Part shown: positions 1 through 11,064 of the stretch, piece after piece
Numbering within the stretch: position 1 is the stretch's first letter
Layout: every line of letters starts with the position of its first letter
Assembly (NCBI RefSeq): GCF_024700885.2
Contig: NZ_CP117016.1
DNA: 64,000 bases
From: Escherichia coli
GTDB lineage: Bacteria; Pseudomonadota; Gammaproteobacteria; Enterobacterales; Enterobacteriaceae
Reading direction: 5' to 3' (one strand)
Made by a program: the position numbers and the translations under genes
Notes under the pieces: model-generated
Told to the model about the DNA's origin: nothing
Databases searched by the model: none
What the model saw: the letters and a program-made list of their open reading frames with translations, nothing else

Positions 1-185
1 GCCAGTTTGCTCATAATGAAGTAGTTGAACTTGTTGTTCACCATACCTTTGCGATCAAACTGCTCAATGCGCGCGCCATCCCCTGCTGACGTATCATTGC
101 GGAATTCGAGCACCAACAGGTCCGGGTTTTCCGTGCTGTATACGGTTTTCGCTTTACCACGATACAACTCAGCTTGCTTTTGCAT
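1..185 (-). CDS. purC: SAICAR synthetase PurC, first ~61 codons only (gene runs off left edge)
   Basis: Reverse strand from ATG at 185-183 reads [62 protein letters not shown], recognised as E. coli PurC N-terminus. Its position next to bamC fits K-12 order. Confidence 0.85.
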
Positions 186-238
186 CTTTATCACTCCTGG
201 GTGTGAATTAACGTTTTAAAATCTTTTGCTGTCTGGTG

Positions 239-286
239 TGCCGGATGTTTTGTCAGATGCGGCAAGAACGCCTTATCCGACCTACG
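239..286. repeat. REP (repetitive extragenic palindromic) element
   Basis: tgccggatg...cagatgcggcaagaacgccttatccgacctac matches the E. coli REP consensus (GCCGGATGCGGCG...CGCCTTATCCGGCCTAC). It lies in the purC-bamC intergenic region. Confidence 0.55.
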
Positions 287-397
287 TCCGACAAACAAAT
301 TTAGTGCGAATTACCGCTAAAATCGCGTTTTCCTGCCGACGCACACGTTTGCGTATCATATCAGAAAAAAGGGCCGGATGACTCCAGCCCTGTATTT

Positions 398-1432
398 TTA
401 CTTGCTAAACGCAGCCTGGAAGACAGCTACCAGCGCGTCGTTCTGACTCTGAGTCAGAGTATGACCTTTCGGATCGATGAACTGTAGGCTGCTGCGGTTA
501 TCTAAATCGCCAACCTGCAGTTTATAGTCACCGGATGCCAGGCCTGGATCGCTCGCGCCCAGTTCCTGCCAGTCGCTGTCAGACAGCGGCTTGTAAGTTA
601 CGGCCATGTTGCCCTGCGAACGGGTGCTGTCGGTCACTTTCATGCCCACTTTTTCCAGCGCCGCTGGCAGACGTTGCCAAACCACATTGAACGGCCCGCG
701 TACGACCAGCATTGGTAAACCGGTGTCATCAGCTGCACTTTGTACGTCCATAGTGGTGGAGGCACGATTTTGCGCAGCGTTCGCGGCGTCAGTGGCAGAT
801 TTATCCAGACCGGCGGAAATAACGTTCATCATCTCCGTGCTGTAACGCTGCATGGAAGCCGCGTCTGCAACCGGTTTGCCCGCCTGTTCCAGGTTCAGCA
901 GTTTAACCGTAACCGCCTGCTGATAACCCTGCGGCTTAACAGAGATTTGATAACGACCACGATACTGCTCGTCTTCGTCCAGACGGTTCCATTGTACCCA
1001 ATCGGTGGTCAGTGTCTGACCAGCATCATCACGTTGGGTGATGGTGTAGTTTTTCGCCTGCAGCACGCTAACCACCTGCGGCCACAGAGTATTGCCACGA
1101 CCATTTTCCACCAGCAATGAAGCGGTATCGCCCGTGAACTGGGTACGCGCGCCAGAAACCAGTGCCAGCGGCTGGGCTGGTGGACGAATGTCCAGCGCCT
1201 TACCGACAGCACCACTACCGTTGGTCACCGGGATTGCATAATCACCGGAGGTCACCGGCAAAATCATTCCAGCCGGGGCATGAAGCTCCGCAAGCGGTGC
1301 CGCTTCCAGGTAGGCTTCATCACCACTGACCTGACGCTTATAGCGTGAGTCAGAACTACAGGCAGCGAGTAATAAAACAAGCGAAACACCCGCAACCTTT
1401 GCCAGGCGCGACTTTTGAACAGAGTAAGCCAT
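398..1432 (-). CDS. bamC: Outer membrane protein assembly factor BamC (NlpB) lipoprotein
   Basis: ORF 398-1435. The sequence [27 protein letters not shown] (lipobox LAAC) is recognised as BamC. Start placed at the second Met, giving 344 aa. Confidence 0.95.
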
Positions 1433-1448
1433 CAAATCTCCCTAAACT

Positions 1449-2327
1449 TTACAGCAAACCGGCATGCTTAAGCGCCGCTCTGACCGTCTCACGACCACTG
1501 TCGGTGATAGGTGTCATTGGCAGGCGCAGCGTATCGGTCGCCACAAGACCCAGTTCCTTACATGCCCATTTCACAGGGATTGGATTGGGTTCGACAAATA
1601 GTTTGTTGTGTAATGGCATCAGACGCTGATTAATAACGCGTGCCTCGGCAAAATGCCCTTCTGCTGCCAGTTTGCACATCTGGGCCATATCACGCGCTGC
1701 GACGTTAGCCGTAACGGAAATAACCCCATGACCGCCTAATTGCATGAAGTCCAGCGCGCTCGCATCATCGCCGCTCAGCAGAACAAAATCATCTGAAACC
1801 AGCTCTTTGATCTGGTTTACACGCGTTAAGTTCCCTGTTGCCTCTTTGATTCCGATAATATTTTTTACTTTCGCCAGACGGCCCACCGTTTCCGGGAGCA
1901 GATCGCAGCCAGTACGGGACGGCACATTATACAGAATTTGCGGCAGGTCAGTATGTTCAGCGATGGCTTTGAAATGCTGATACAAACCTTCTTGCGACGG
2001 ACGATTGTAGTAAGGGGTTACCGTCAGGCAGCCGACGATACCACTGTCATTGAAGCGCTGCGTCAGGCTAATGGCTTCCGCAGTAGCGTTAGCGCCGGTT
2101 CCGGCAATCACCGGAATGCGCCCGTCAGCCAGCTCCAGCGTCATCATCACCACATCAGCATGTTCGTCATGATTTAAGGTAGCGGACTCGCCAGTGGTGC
2201 CAACAGAAACGATCGCCGAAGTACCGCTGGCGACATGATAATCAATCAGTTTTTTCAAGCTAGCCCGACAGACATTACCTTTTTCATCCATCGGAGTAAC
2301 AATCGCGACAATACTTCCCGTGAACAT
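1449..2327 (-). CDS. dapA: 4-hydroxy-tetrahydrodipicolinate synthase DapA
   Basis: ORF 1449-2345. The K-12 DapA N-terminus [19 protein letters not shown] begins at the internal Met (2327), giving 292 aa. Confidence 0.95.
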   Translation of the reverse strand: MFTGSIVAIVTPMDEKGNVCRASLKKLIDYHVASGTSAIVSVGTTGESATLNHDEHADVVMMTLELADGRIPVIAGTGANATAEAISLTQRFNDSGIVGCLTVTPYYNRPSQEGLYQHFKAIAEHTDLPQILYNVPSRTGCDLLPETVGRLAKVKNIIGIKEATGNLTRVNQIKELVSDDFVLLSGDDASALDFMQLGGHGVISVTANVAARDMAQMCKLAAEGHFAEARVINQRLMPLHNKLFVEPNPIPVKWACKELGLVATDTLRLPMTPITDSGRETVRAALKHAGLL

Positions 2328-2472
2328 GGGCCATCCTCTGTGCAAACAAGTGTCTCAATGGTACGTTTGGTATGGCATTAAAAGCAAGCAGACAGAACCG
2401 TTCTGATTGTTGTATGCATGTTTTTTTTATGCTTTCCTTAAGAACAACTCACCCCTTAAAGGAATAACCAGT

Positions 2473-3045
2473 TTGACACTGTCATCGCAACATTATCTGG
2501 TGATCACTGCGTTGGGTGCCGATCGCCCTGGAATTGTGAACACCATCACCCGTCATGTCAGTAGTTGCGGCTGTAATATTGAAGACAGTCGCCTGGCGAT
2601 GCTGGGAGAAGAGTTCACGTTTATTATGCTGCTTTCCGGTTCATGGAATGCCATTACTCTGATTGAATCAACGTTACCGTTGAAAGGTGCCGAGCTGGAT
2701 CTTTTAATCGTGATGAAGCGCACGACGGCGCGTCCGCGTCCGCCAATGCCAGCATCTGTCTGGGTTCAGGTCGATGTGGCAGACTCCCCGCATTTAATTG
2801 AACGCTTCACAGCACTTTTCGACGCGCATCATATGAACATTGCGGAGCTGGTGTCGCGCACGCAACCTGCTGAAAATGAACGGGCTGCGCAGTTGCATAT
2901 TCAGATAACCGCCCACAGCCCCGCATCTGCGGACGCAGCAAATATTGAGCAAGCATTCAAAGCCCTATGTACAGAACTCAATGCACAAGGCAGTATTAAC
3001 GTCGTCAATTATTCCCAACATGATGAACAGGATGGAGTTAAGTAA
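2473..3045 (+). CDS. gcvR: Glycine cleavage system transcriptional repressor GcvR
   Basis: ORF 2407-3045. The known GcvR sequence (M)TLSSQHYLVITALGADRPGIV starts at the in-frame TTG at 2473, giving 190 aa. Tandem ACT-like domains. Confidence 0.9.
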   Translation: MTLSSQHYLVITALGADRPGIVNTITRHVSSCGCNIEDSRLAMLGEEFTFIMLLSGSWNAITLIESTLPLKGAELDLLIVMKRTTARPRPPMPASVWVQVDVADSPHLIERFTALFDAHHMNIAELVSRTQPAENERAAQLHIQITAHSPASADAANIEQAFKALCTELNAQGSINVVNYSQHDEQDGVK

Positions 3046-3515
3046 TGAATCCACTGAAAGCCGGTGATATCGCACCGAAATTTAGCTTGCCGGATCAAGA
3101 CGGAGAACAAGTTAATTTGACCGACTTCCAGGGACAGCGTGTTCTGGTTTATTTCTACCCGAAAGCCATGACCCCCGGCTGTACCGTACAGGCCTGCGGC
3201 TTACGCGATAACATGGATGAGTTGAAAAAAGCGGGCGTTGATGTGCTGGGTATCAGCACCGATAAACCCGAAAAACTCTCCCGTTTTGCGGAAAAAGAGC
3301 TGCTTAACTTTACGCTCCTGTCTGATGAGGACCACCAGGTGTGCGAACAATTCGGCGTCTGGGGTGAAAAGTCCTTCATGGGCAAAACCTACGATGGTAT
3401 TCATCGCATCAGCTTCCTGATTGACGCTGATGGCAAAATCGAACATGTCTTTGACGATTTCAAAACCAGCAATCACCACGACGTTGTGCTGAACTGGCTG
3501 AAAGAACACGCCTGA
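3045..3515 (+). CDS. bcp: Thiol peroxidase / peroxiredoxin Bcp
   Basis: 156 aa with the AhpC/TSA motif FYPKAMTPGCT. ATG overlaps the gcvR stop (TAATG). Confidence 0.95.
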   Translation: MNPLKAGDIAPKFSLPDQDGEQVNLTDFQGQRVLVYFYPKAMTPGCTVQACGLRDNMDELKKAGVDVLGISTDKPEKLSRFAEKELLNFTLLSDEDHQVCEQFGVWGEKSFMGKTYDGIHRISFLIDADGKIEHVFDDFKTSNHHDVVLNWLKEHA

Positions 3516-3570
3516 TTACTTTGCTCCATTCCGTGCTGGCTGCGCTTGCGGTCAGCACACCTCACTTCTC

Positions 3571-3615
3571 GTGATCAAGATCACATTCTCGCTTTCCCCT
3601 GCGACACGGGTGTCG
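3571..3615. promoter_or_regulatory. Two palindromes about 100-140 nt upstream of the hyf -24/-12 promoter; candidate enhancer (UAS) sites for HyfR/FhlA
   Basis: Perfect inverted repeats gtgatcAAgatcac (3571-3584) and cgacacGGgtgtcg (3602-3615). The distance is typical for bacterial enhancer-binding proteins. No consensus was checked. Confidence 0.3.
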
Positions 3616-3710
3616 AATTCATTTTTTACTGAACGTTAATGACCATCATTTTTGTACCATTCAGAATACAGTTAATTCATAACTTATTGAATACATTAAA
3701 TTAATCAGAC

Positions 3711-3726
3711 TGGTATCCTTTATGCA
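3711..3726 (+). promoter_or_regulatory. sigma54 (-24/-12) promoter of the hyf operon
   Basis: TGGTATCCTTTATGCA fits TGGCAC-N5-TTGCA, with the invariant GG and GC at correct spacing, 42 nt upstream of the hyfA ATG. hyf is known to be sigma54/HyfR dependent. Confidence 0.65.
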
Positions 3727-3767
3727 ATATGAAATGCAATGTTTCATATCATTTTCAAGGAGCCGAC

Positions 3768-4385
3768 ATGAACCGCTTTGTGGTGGCCGAACCACTGTGG
3801 TGTACAGGATGTAATACCTGTCTCGCTGCCTGTTCGGACGTGCATAAAACGCAAGGTTTACAGCAACACCCGCGCCTGGCCCTGGCGAAGACGTCAACAC
3901 TCACTGCCCCTGTCGTGTGTCATCACTGTGAGGAAGCCCCTTGCCTGCAGGTCTGCCCGGTCAATGCCATCTCCCAGAGGGATGATGCGATCCAACTCAA
4001 CGAAAGCCTCTGTATTGGCTGCAAGCTTTGTGCCGTGGTCTGCCCATTTGGCGCAATCAGCGCTTCAGGAAGCCGTCCGGTGAATGCCCCTGCGCAATAT
4101 GTTTTTCAGGCTGAGGGCTCACTCAAAGACGGCGAAGAAAACGCGCCGACCCAACATGCTTTGCTGCGCTGGGAACCGGGTGTCCAGACCGTCGCGGTGA
4201 AATGCGACCTGTGTGATTTCTTGCCAGAAGGTCCGGCCTGCGTTCGCGCTTGCCCGAATCAGGCGTTACGGCTGATCACCGACGATAGCCTGCAACGTCA
4301 GATGAAAGAAAAACAGCGCATTGCCGCAAGCTGGTTTGCCAATGGCGGGGAGGATCCCCTTTCCCTCACTCAGGAGCAACGCTAA
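3768..4385 (+). CDS. hyfA: Hydrogenase-4 component A, 4Fe-4S ferredoxin-type subunit
   Basis: ORF 3729-4385. MNRFVVAEPLWCTGCNTCLAAC starts at 3768 behind the RBS aaggag. Multiple CxxCxxCxxxCP clusters. Confidence 0.95.
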   Translation: MNRFVVAEPLWCTGCNTCLAACSDVHKTQGLQQHPRLALAKTSTLTAPVVCHHCEEAPCLQVCPVNAISQRDDAIQLNESLCIGCKLCAVVCPFGAISASGSRPVNAPAQYVFQAEGSLKDGEENAPTQHALLRWEPGVQTVAVKCDLCDFLPEGPACVRACPNQALRLITDDSLQRQMKEKQRIAASWFANGGEDPLSLTQEQR

Positions 4386-6403
4386 TGGATGCCCTGCAAT
4401 TATTAACCTGGTCACTGATCCTCTATCTGTTTGCCAGTCTGGCTTCGCTGTTTTTACTCGGTCTGGACAGACTGGCTATTAAGCTTTCCGGCATCACATC
4501 GCTGGTGGGTGGCGTGATTGGCATCATCAGCGGAATTACGCAATTACATGCAGGCGTAACTTTAGTCGCCCGTTTTGCCACGCCTTTTGACTTTGCCGAT
4601 TTAACACTGCGAATGGATAGCCTCTCGGCATTTATGGTGATGGTTATCTCCTTGCTGGTGGTGGTTTGTTCGCTCTATTCATTGACTTATATGCGCGAAT
4701 ACGAGGGTAAAGGCGCGGCGGCGATGGGCTTCTTTATGAATCTTTTCATCGCATCGATGGTTGCCCTGCTGGTGATGGACAACGCTTTTTGGTTCATCGT
4801 GCTGTTTGAAATGATGTCGCTGTCTTCCTGGTTTCTGGTCATTGCCAGGCAGGATAAAACGTCGATCAACGCTGGCATGCTCTACTTTTTTATCGCCCAC
4901 GCCGGATCGGTGCTGATTATGATCGCCTTCTTGCTGATGGGGCGCGAAAGCGGCAGCCTCGATTTTGCCAGTTTCCGCACGCTTTCACTTTCTCCGGGGC
5001 TGGCGTCGGCGGTGTTCCTGCTGGCCTTTTTCGGTTTTGGCGCGAAAGCCGGGATGATGCCGTTGCACAGCTGGTTGCCACGCGCTCACCCTGCCGCACC
5101 ATCGCACGCTTCGGCGTTGATGTCTGGCGTAATGGTCAAAATCGGTATTTTCGGCATCCTGAAAGTAGCGATGGATCTGCTGGCGCAAACGGGTTTGCCG
5201 CTGTGGTGGGGCATTCTGGTGATGGCGATCGGCGCAATCTCCGCGCTCCTGGGCGTGCTGTATGCGCTGGCGGAACAGGATATCAAACGGCTGCTGGCCT
5301 GGAGTACCGTCGAAAACGTCGGCATTATTTTGCTGGCGGTCGGTGTGGCGATGGTCGGTCTGTCACTGCACGACCCGCTGCTCACCGTTGTTGGACTGCT
5401 CGGCGCGCTGTTTCATCTGCTCAACCATGCGCTGTTCAAAGGGCTGCTGTTTCTCGGCGCGGGTGCGATTATTTCGCGTTTGCATACCCACGACATGGAA
5501 AAAATGGGGGCACTGGCGAAACGTATGCCGTGGACAGCCGCAGCATGCCTGATTGGTTGCCTCGCGATATCAGCCATTCCTCCGCTGAATGGTTTTATCA
5601 GCGAATGGTACACCTGGCAGTCGCTGTTCTCACTAAGTCGTGTGGAAGCCGTAGCGCTACAACTTGCGGGTCCTATTGCTATGGTGATGCTGGCAGTCAC
5701 TGGTGGGCTGGCAGTAATGTGCTTCGTCAAAATGTACGGTATTACTTTCTGTGGAGCGCCGCGCAGTACACACGCTGAAGAGGCACAGGAAGTGCCAAAT
5801 ACGATGATCGTCGCCATGCTACTGCTCGCGGCACTCTGCGTATTCATTGCGCTTAGTGCCAGTTGGCTGGCACCGAAGATAATGCACATTGCCCATGCGT
5901 TTACCAATACCCTTCCCGTCACTGTCGCCAGCGGAATAGCACTTGTACCCGGCACGTTTCATACACGGGTCACTCCCTCATTACTGTTGCTGTTACTACT
6001 GGCGATGCCTTTGCTGCCTGGCCTTTACTGGCTGTGGTGTCGTTCGCGCCGCGCAGCGTTTCGTCGCACTGGAGATGCCTGGGCATGCGGCTACGGCTGG
6101 GAACATGCGATGGCCCCGTCAGGCAATGGCGTGATGCAGCCGCTGCGTGTGGTCTTTTGTGCGCTATTTCGTCTACGACAACAGCTCGACCCTACGCTGA
6201 GGCTAAATAAAGGTCTTGCGCATGTCACCGCCAGGGCTCAGAGCACAGAACCCTTCTGGGATGAGCGGGTGATCCGCCCCATCGTGAGCGCCACCCAACG
6301 GCTGGCCAAAGAAATACAGCATCTGCAAAGCGGCGACTTTCGTCTCTATTGCCTGTATGTGGTCGCCGCACTGGTTGTGCTGCTAATCGCTATTGCCGTC
6401 TAA
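4385..6403 (+). CDS. hyfB: Hydrogenase-4 component B (NuoL/ND5-like antiporter-type membrane subunit)
   Basis: 672-aa polytopic membrane protein with the proton-conducting membrane transporter motif (WLPRAHPAAPSHASALMSG). Operon position. Confidence 0.95.
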   Translation: MDALQLLTWSLILYLFASLASLFLLGLDRLAIKLSGITSLVGGVIGIISGITQLHAGVTLVARFATPFDFADLTLRMDSLSAFMVMVISLLVVVCSLYSLTYMREYEGKGAAAMGFFMNLFIASMVALLVMDNAFWFIVLFEMMSLSSWFLVIARQDKTSINAGMLYFFIAHAGSVLIMIAFLLMGRESGSLDFASFRTLSLSPGLASAVFLLAFFGFGAKAGMMPLHSWLPRAHPAAPSHASALMSGVMVKIGIFGILKVAMDLLAQTGLPLWWGILVMAIGAISALLGVLYALAEQDIKRLLAWSTVENVGIILLAVGVAMVGLSLHDPLLTVVGLLGALFHLLNHALFKGLLFLGAGAIISRLHTHDMEKMGALAKRMPWTAAACLIGCLAISAIPPLNGFISEWYTWQSLFSLSRVEAVALQLAGPIAMVMLAVTGGLAVMCFVKMYGITFCGAPRSTHAEEAQEVPNTMIVAMLLLAALCVFIALSASWLAPKIMHIAHAFTNTLPVTVASGIALVPGTFHTRVTPSLLLLLLLAMPLLPGLYWLWCRSRRAAFRRTGDAWACGYGWEHAMAPSGNGVMQPLRVVFCALFRLRQQLDPTLRLNKGLAHVTARAQSTEPFWDERVIRPIVSATQRLAKEIQHLQSGDFRLYCLYVVAALVVLLIAIAV

Positions 6404-6413
6404 GGAAATCACC

Positions 6414-7361
6414 ATGAGACAAACTCTTTGCGACGGATATCTGGTCATTTTTGCGTTAGCACAGGCCGTGATTCTGCTGGTGCTAACCCCGCTTTTTACG
6501 GGGATTTCCCGGCAGATACGCGCGCGTATGCACTCCCGTCGCGGACCGGGGATCTGGCAGGATTATCGCGATATCCACAAACTGTTTAAACGCCAGGAAG
6601 TTGCGCCGACATCTTCAGGTCTGATGTTCCGCCTGATGCCGTGGGTATTAATCAGCAGCATGCTGGTGCTGGCGATGGCCCTACCACTATTTATTACTGT
6701 TTCCCCTTTTGCGGGCGGCGGCGATCTGATCACCCTTATCTATCTTCTTGCCCTGTTTCGTTTTTTCTTTGCTCTTTCCGGGCTAGATACCGGAAGCCCC
6801 TTTGCGGGAGTCGGTGCCAGTCGCGAGTTGACGCTCGGCATTCTGGTCGAACCCATGCTCATTCTCTCACTGCTGGTATTGGCGCTGATAGCGGATTCCA
6901 CGCATATCGAGATGATCAGCAATACGCTGGCGACGGGCTGGAACTCGCCGCTAACCACCGTACTGGCGTTACTGGCCTGTGGTTTTGCCTGCTTCATTGA
7001 GATGGGAAAAATTCCCTTTGATGTTGCTGAAGCAGAACAGGAATTACAGGAAGGCCCGCTGACCGAATATTCCGGTGCCGGGCTGGCGCTGGCGAAATGG
7101 GGGCTGGGGCTGAAACAGGTCGTGATGGCAGCACTGTTTGTGGCCCTGTTTCTGCCCTTTGGGCGCGCGCAAGAACTTTCTCTCGCCTGCCTGCTGACTT
7201 CACTTGTCGTTACGCTGCTCAAGGTTTTGCTGATTTTTGTACTGGCCTCAATCGCAGAAAACACGCTGGCACGCGGGCGTTTTTTACTCACTCACCATGT
7301 GACCTGGCTTGGTTTCAGCCTTGCTGCGCTTGCATGGGTCTTCTGGTTAACCGGTCTGTAA
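6414..7361 (+). CDS. hyfC: Hydrogenase-4 component C (NuoH/HycD-like membrane subunit)
   Basis: ORF 6393-7361. The K-12 HyfC N-terminus MRQTLCDGYLVIFALAQ begins at 6414, giving 315 aa. Confidence 0.93.
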   Translation: MRQTLCDGYLVIFALAQAVILLVLTPLFTGISRQIRARMHSRRGPGIWQDYRDIHKLFKRQEVAPTSSGLMFRLMPWVLISSMLVLAMALPLFITVSPFAGGGDLITLIYLLALFRFFFALSGLDTGSPFAGVGASRELTLGILVEPMLILSLLVLALIADSTHIEMISNTLATGWNSPLTTVLALLACGFACFIEMGKIPFDVAEAEQELQEGPLTEYSGAGLALAKWGLGLKQVVMAALFVALFLPFGRAQELSLACLLTSLVVTLLKVLLIFVLASIAENTLARGRFLLTHHVTWLGFSLAALAWVFWLTGL

Positions 7362-7377
7362 GGAGCACTGACGGAAT

Positions 7378-8817
7378 ATGGAAAATCTTGCTCTGACGAC
7401 GTTATTGCTGCCTTTTATCGGCGCACTGGTCGTTTCGTTTTCGCCACAACGTCGGGCCGCCGAATGGGGGGTTTTGTTCGCCGCGCTGACCACGCTGTGC
7501 ATGTTGTCACTGATCTCCGCGTTTTATCAGGCCGATAAAGTTGCCGTCACGTTGACGTTGGTCAACGTGGGGGATGTGGCGTTGTTTGGCCTGGTCATTG
7601 ATCGCGTGAGTACGCTGATTCTGTTTGTGGTGGTGTTCCTCGGTTTGCTGGTCACGATCTACTCCACGGGTTATCTGACGGATAAAAATCGCGAACACCC
7701 GCATAACGGCACGAATCGTTATTACGCATTTTTGCTGGTGTTTATCGGCGCGATGGCGGGACTGGTACTCTCCTCGACGCTGCTCGGTCAGTTGTTGTTT
7801 TTTGAAATTACGGGCGGCTGCTCCTGGGCGTTGATCAGTTATTACCAGAGCGATAAAGCGCAGCGTTCAGCACTAAAAGCGTTACTTATCACTCATATCG
7901 GTTCGCTGGGGTTGTATCTTGCCGCCGCCACGCTGTTTTTGCAGACCGGAACGTTTGCGCTTAGCGCGATGAGCGAGTTACACGGCGACGCACGTTATCT
8001 GGTTTATGGCGGCATCCTGTTTGCCGCGTGGGGGAAATCGGCCCAGCTACCGATGCAAGCGTGGCTACCGGATGCAATGGAAGCGCCAACACCGATCAGC
8101 GCCTATCTCCACGCCGCATCGATGGTGAAAGTGGGCGTTTACATTTTTGCCCGGGCCATTATCGACGGCGGCAATATCCCGCATGTGATTGGCGGCGTTG
8201 GCATGGTCATGGCACTGGTCACCATTCTTTACGGCTTCCTGATGTATTTGCCACAGCAGGATATGAAGCGGTTGCTGGCCTGGTCGACCATCACTCAACT
8301 TGGCTGGATGTTTTTCGGCTTGTCGCTCTCCATCTTCGGCTCGCGGCTGGCGCTGGAGGGCAGCATCGCCTACATCGTCAACCACGCGTTCGCTAAAAGC
8401 CTATTTTTCCTTGTAGCAGGTGCGCTGAGTTACAGCTGCGGCACGCGCTTGTTGCCGCGTCTGCGTGGCGTATTGCACACCCTGCCGTTGCCAGGCGTGG
8501 GTTTCTGCGTGGCAGCGCTGGCGATTACCGGCGTACCGCCGTTCAACGGCTTCTTCAGTAAATTCCCGCTGTTTGCTGCCGGTTTTGCGTTGTCAGTGGA
8601 GTACTGGATCCTGCTGCCCGCCATGATTCTGCTGATGATTGAATCGGTCGCCAGTTTCGCCTGGTTTATTCGCTGGTTTGGTCGCGTCGTGCCTGGCAAA
8701 CCGAGCGAGGCCGTCGCCGATGCCGCACCGCTGCCAGGATCAATGCGCCTGGTGTTGATTGTACTGATTGTGATGTCGCTGATTTCCAGCGTAATCGCCG
8801 CGACCTGGTTGCAGTAA
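7378..8817 (+). CDS. hyfD: Hydrogenase-4 component D (NuoM/N-like antiporter-type subunit)
   Basis: 479-aa membrane protein with the motif WLPDAMEAPTPISAYLHAA. Operon order. Confidence 0.95.
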   Translation: MENLALTTLLLPFIGALVVSFSPQRRAAEWGVLFAALTTLCMLSLISAFYQADKVAVTLTLVNVGDVALFGLVIDRVSTLILFVVVFLGLLVTIYSTGYLTDKNREHPHNGTNRYYAFLLVFIGAMAGLVLSSTLLGQLLFFEITGGCSWALISYYQSDKAQRSALKALLITHIGSLGLYLAAATLFLQTGTFALSAMSELHGDARYLVYGGILFAAWGKSAQLPMQAWLPDAMEAPTPISAYLHAASMVKVGVYIFARAIIDGGNIPHVIGGVGMVMALVTILYGFLMYLPQQDMKRLLAWSTITQLGWMFFGLSLSIFGSRLALEGSIAYIVNHAFAKSLFFLVAGALSYSCGTRLLPRLRGVLHTLPLPGVGFCVAALAITGVPPFNGFFSKFPLFAAGFALSVEYWILLPAMILLMIESVASFAWFIRWFGRVVPGKPSEAVADAAPLPGSMRLVLIVLIVMSLISSVIAATWLQ

Positions 8818-8828
8818 GGAGATGATGA

Positions 8829-9479
8829 ATGACCGGTTCTATGATCGTAAATAATCTGGCGGGACTGATGATGCTGACATCGCTGTTTGTGATTAGCGTC
8901 AAAAGCTATCGCCTGTCATGCGGATTTTACGCCTGCCAGTCGCTGGTGCTGGTGTCTATTTTCGCCACTCTCTCGTGCCTGTTCGCCGCAGAGCAACTGC
9001 TGATCTGGTCCGCCAGCGCCTTTATCACCAAAGTGCTGCTGGTACCGTTAATCATGACTTACGCTGCACGAAATATTCCCCAGAACATCCCGGAAAAAGC
9101 GTTATTCGGTCCGGCAATGATGACACTGCTCGCAGCATTAATTGTCCTGCTTTGCGCATTTGTCGTTCAGCCCGTGAAGCTACCGATGGCTACCGGGCTG
9201 AAACCGGCGCTGGCGGTGGCGTTAGGTCATTTTCTGCTTGGCCTGCTGTGCATTGTCAGCCAGCGCAATATCCTGCGGCAAATTTTTGGTTACTGCCTGA
9301 TGGAAAACGGCTCCCATCTGGTGCTGGCGCTTCTTGCCTGGCGTGCACCGGAACTTGTGGAAATTGGTATCGCTACCGATGCCATCTTCGCCGTCATTGT
9401 GATGGTGTTACTGGCAAGAAAAATATGGCGTACCCACGGCACGCTGGACGTGAATAACTTGACCGCGCTGAAGGGATAA
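8829..9479 (+). CDS. hyfE: Hydrogenase-4 component E (small membrane subunit)
   Basis: 216-aa hydrophobic protein. Operon order matches K-12 hyfE. Confidence 0.93.
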   Translation: MTGSMIVNNLAGLMMLTSLFVISVKSYRLSCGFYACQSLVLVSIFATLSCLFAAEQLLIWSASAFITKVLLVPLIMTYAARNIPQNIPEKALFGPAMMTLLAALIVLLCAFVVQPVKLPMATGLKPALAVALGHFLLGLLCIVSQRNILRQIFGYCLMENGSHLVLALLAWRAPELVEIGIATDAIFAVIVMVLLARKIWRTHGTLDVNNLTALKG

Positions 9480-9483
9480 TGAG

Positions 9484-11064
9484 ATGAGTTATTCTGTGAT
9501 GTTCGCTTTACTCCTGCTCACGCCGCTGCTTTTTTCGCTGCTCTGTTTTGCCTGCCGGAAACGGGGGCACTCTGCGACTCGCACGGTGACAGTACTACAT
9601 GGCTTAGGGATCACACTGCTGCTGATTCTGGCACTGTGGGTGGTCCAAACTGCCGCTGATGCGGGAGAAATATTCGCTGCGGGACTGTGGCTTCACATTG
9701 ATGGTCTGGGCGGTTTGTTCCTCGCCATTCTTGGTGTGATTGGCTTTCTCACCGGTGTTTACTCGATTGGCTACATGCGTCATGAAGTGGCACACGGCGA
9801 GCTTTCACCCGTTACGCTGTGCGATTACTACGGTTTCTTCCATCTGTTTTTGTTCACCATGCTGCTGGTTGTTACCAGCAATAACCTGATTGTGATGTGG
9901 GCGGCAATCGAAGCCACCACCTTAAGCTCGGCGTTTCTGGTAGGCATTTACGGTCAGCGTTCATCGCTGGAAGCTGCATGGAAGTACATCATTATTTGTA
10001 CTGTTGGTGTCGCTTTTGGTCTGTTCGGTACCGTGCTGGTATACGCCAACGCCGCCAGCGTTATGCCGCAGGCAGAAATGGCGATATTCTGGAGCGAGGT
10101 TCTTAAGCAATCGTCCTTGCTTGACCCAACATTAATGCTGTTGGCCTTTGTGTTTGTGCTAATTGGCTTTGGCACCAAAACCGGGCTTTTTCCCATGCAC
10201 GCCTGGCTGCCGGATGCTCACAGTGAAGCGCCGAGTCCGGTCAGCGCCCTGCTCTCCGCCGTATTGCTGAACTGCGCGCTGTTGGTGCTTATTCGCTATT
10301 ACATCATTATTTGCCAGGCCATCGGCAGCGATTTCCCCAACCGGTTGTTGCTCATCTTCGGCATGTTGTCGGTTGCCGTGGCGGCATTTTTCATTCTGGT
10401 ACAGCGGGACATTAAGCGTCTGCTGGCGTACTCCAGCGTGGAGAACATGGGACTGGTCGCGGTGGCGTTAGGCATTGGCGGGCCGCTGGGAATTTTTGCC
10501 GCGCTGCTGCACACCTTAAACCACAGTCTGGCAAAAACGCTGTTGTTCTGCGGTTCCGGCAATGTACTGCTCAAGTACGGCACGCGCGATCTCAACGTCG
10601 TCTGTGGGATGCTCAAAATCATGCCATTTACCGCCGTGTTGTTTGGCGGCGGTGCGCTGGCGCTGGCCGGGATGCCGCCCTTCAACATTTTTCTTAGCGA
10701 ATTTATGACCGTTACCGCCGGACTGGCACGTAATCACCTGCTGATTATCGTCCTGCTGTTATTGCTGTTAACGCTGGTGCTGGCGGGCCTGGTACGGATG
10801 GCTGCGCGGGTGTTAATGGCGAAACCGCCGCAGGCCGTTAACCGGGGTGAACTTGGCTGGTTGACCACCTCGCCAATGGTGATTCTGCTGGTCATGATGC
10901 TGGCGATGGGAACGCATATTCCACAACCTGTCATCAGGATCCTGGCAGGCGCTTCCACTATAGTCCTCTCAGGGACGCACGACCTGCCTGCACAACGTAG
11001 CACCTGGCATGATTTTTTGCCTTCAGGCACCGCATCTGTTTCGGAGAAACACAGTGAACGTTAA
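9484..11064 (+). CDS. hyfF: Hydrogenase-4 component F (NuoN/ND2-like antiporter-type subunit)
   Basis: 526-aa membrane protein with the motif [19 protein letters not shown]. Operon order. Confidence 0.95.
   Translation: MSYSVMFALLLLTPLLFSLLCFACRKRGHSATRTVTVLHGLGITLLLILALWVVQTAADAGEIFAAGLWLHIDGLGGLFLAILGVIGFLTGVYSIGYMRHEVAHGELSPVTLCDYYGFFHLFLFTMLLVVTSNNLIVMWAAIEATTLSSAFLVGIYGQRSSLEAAWKYIIICTVGVAFGLFGTVLVYANAASVMPQAEMAIFWSEVLKQSSLLDPTLMLLAFVFVLIGFGTKTGLFPMHAWLPDAHSEAPSPVSALLSAVLLNCALLVLIRYYIIICQAIGSDFPNRLLLIFGMLSVAVAAFFILVQRDIKRLLAYSSVENMGLVAVALGIGGPLGIFAALLHTLNHSLAKTLLFCGSGNVLLKYGTRDLNVVCGMLKIMPFTAVLFGGGALALAGMPPFNIFLSEFMTVTAGLARNHLLIIVLLLLLLTLVLAGLVRMAARVLMAKPPQAVNRGELGWLTTSPMVILLVMMLAMGTHIPQPVIRILAGASTIVLSGTHDLPAQRSTWHDFLPSGTASVSEKHSER

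Noticed and set aside
25-219. 64-aa plus-strand ORF at the left edge
   Set aside because: It is antisense to the recognisable purC N-terminal coding sequence.
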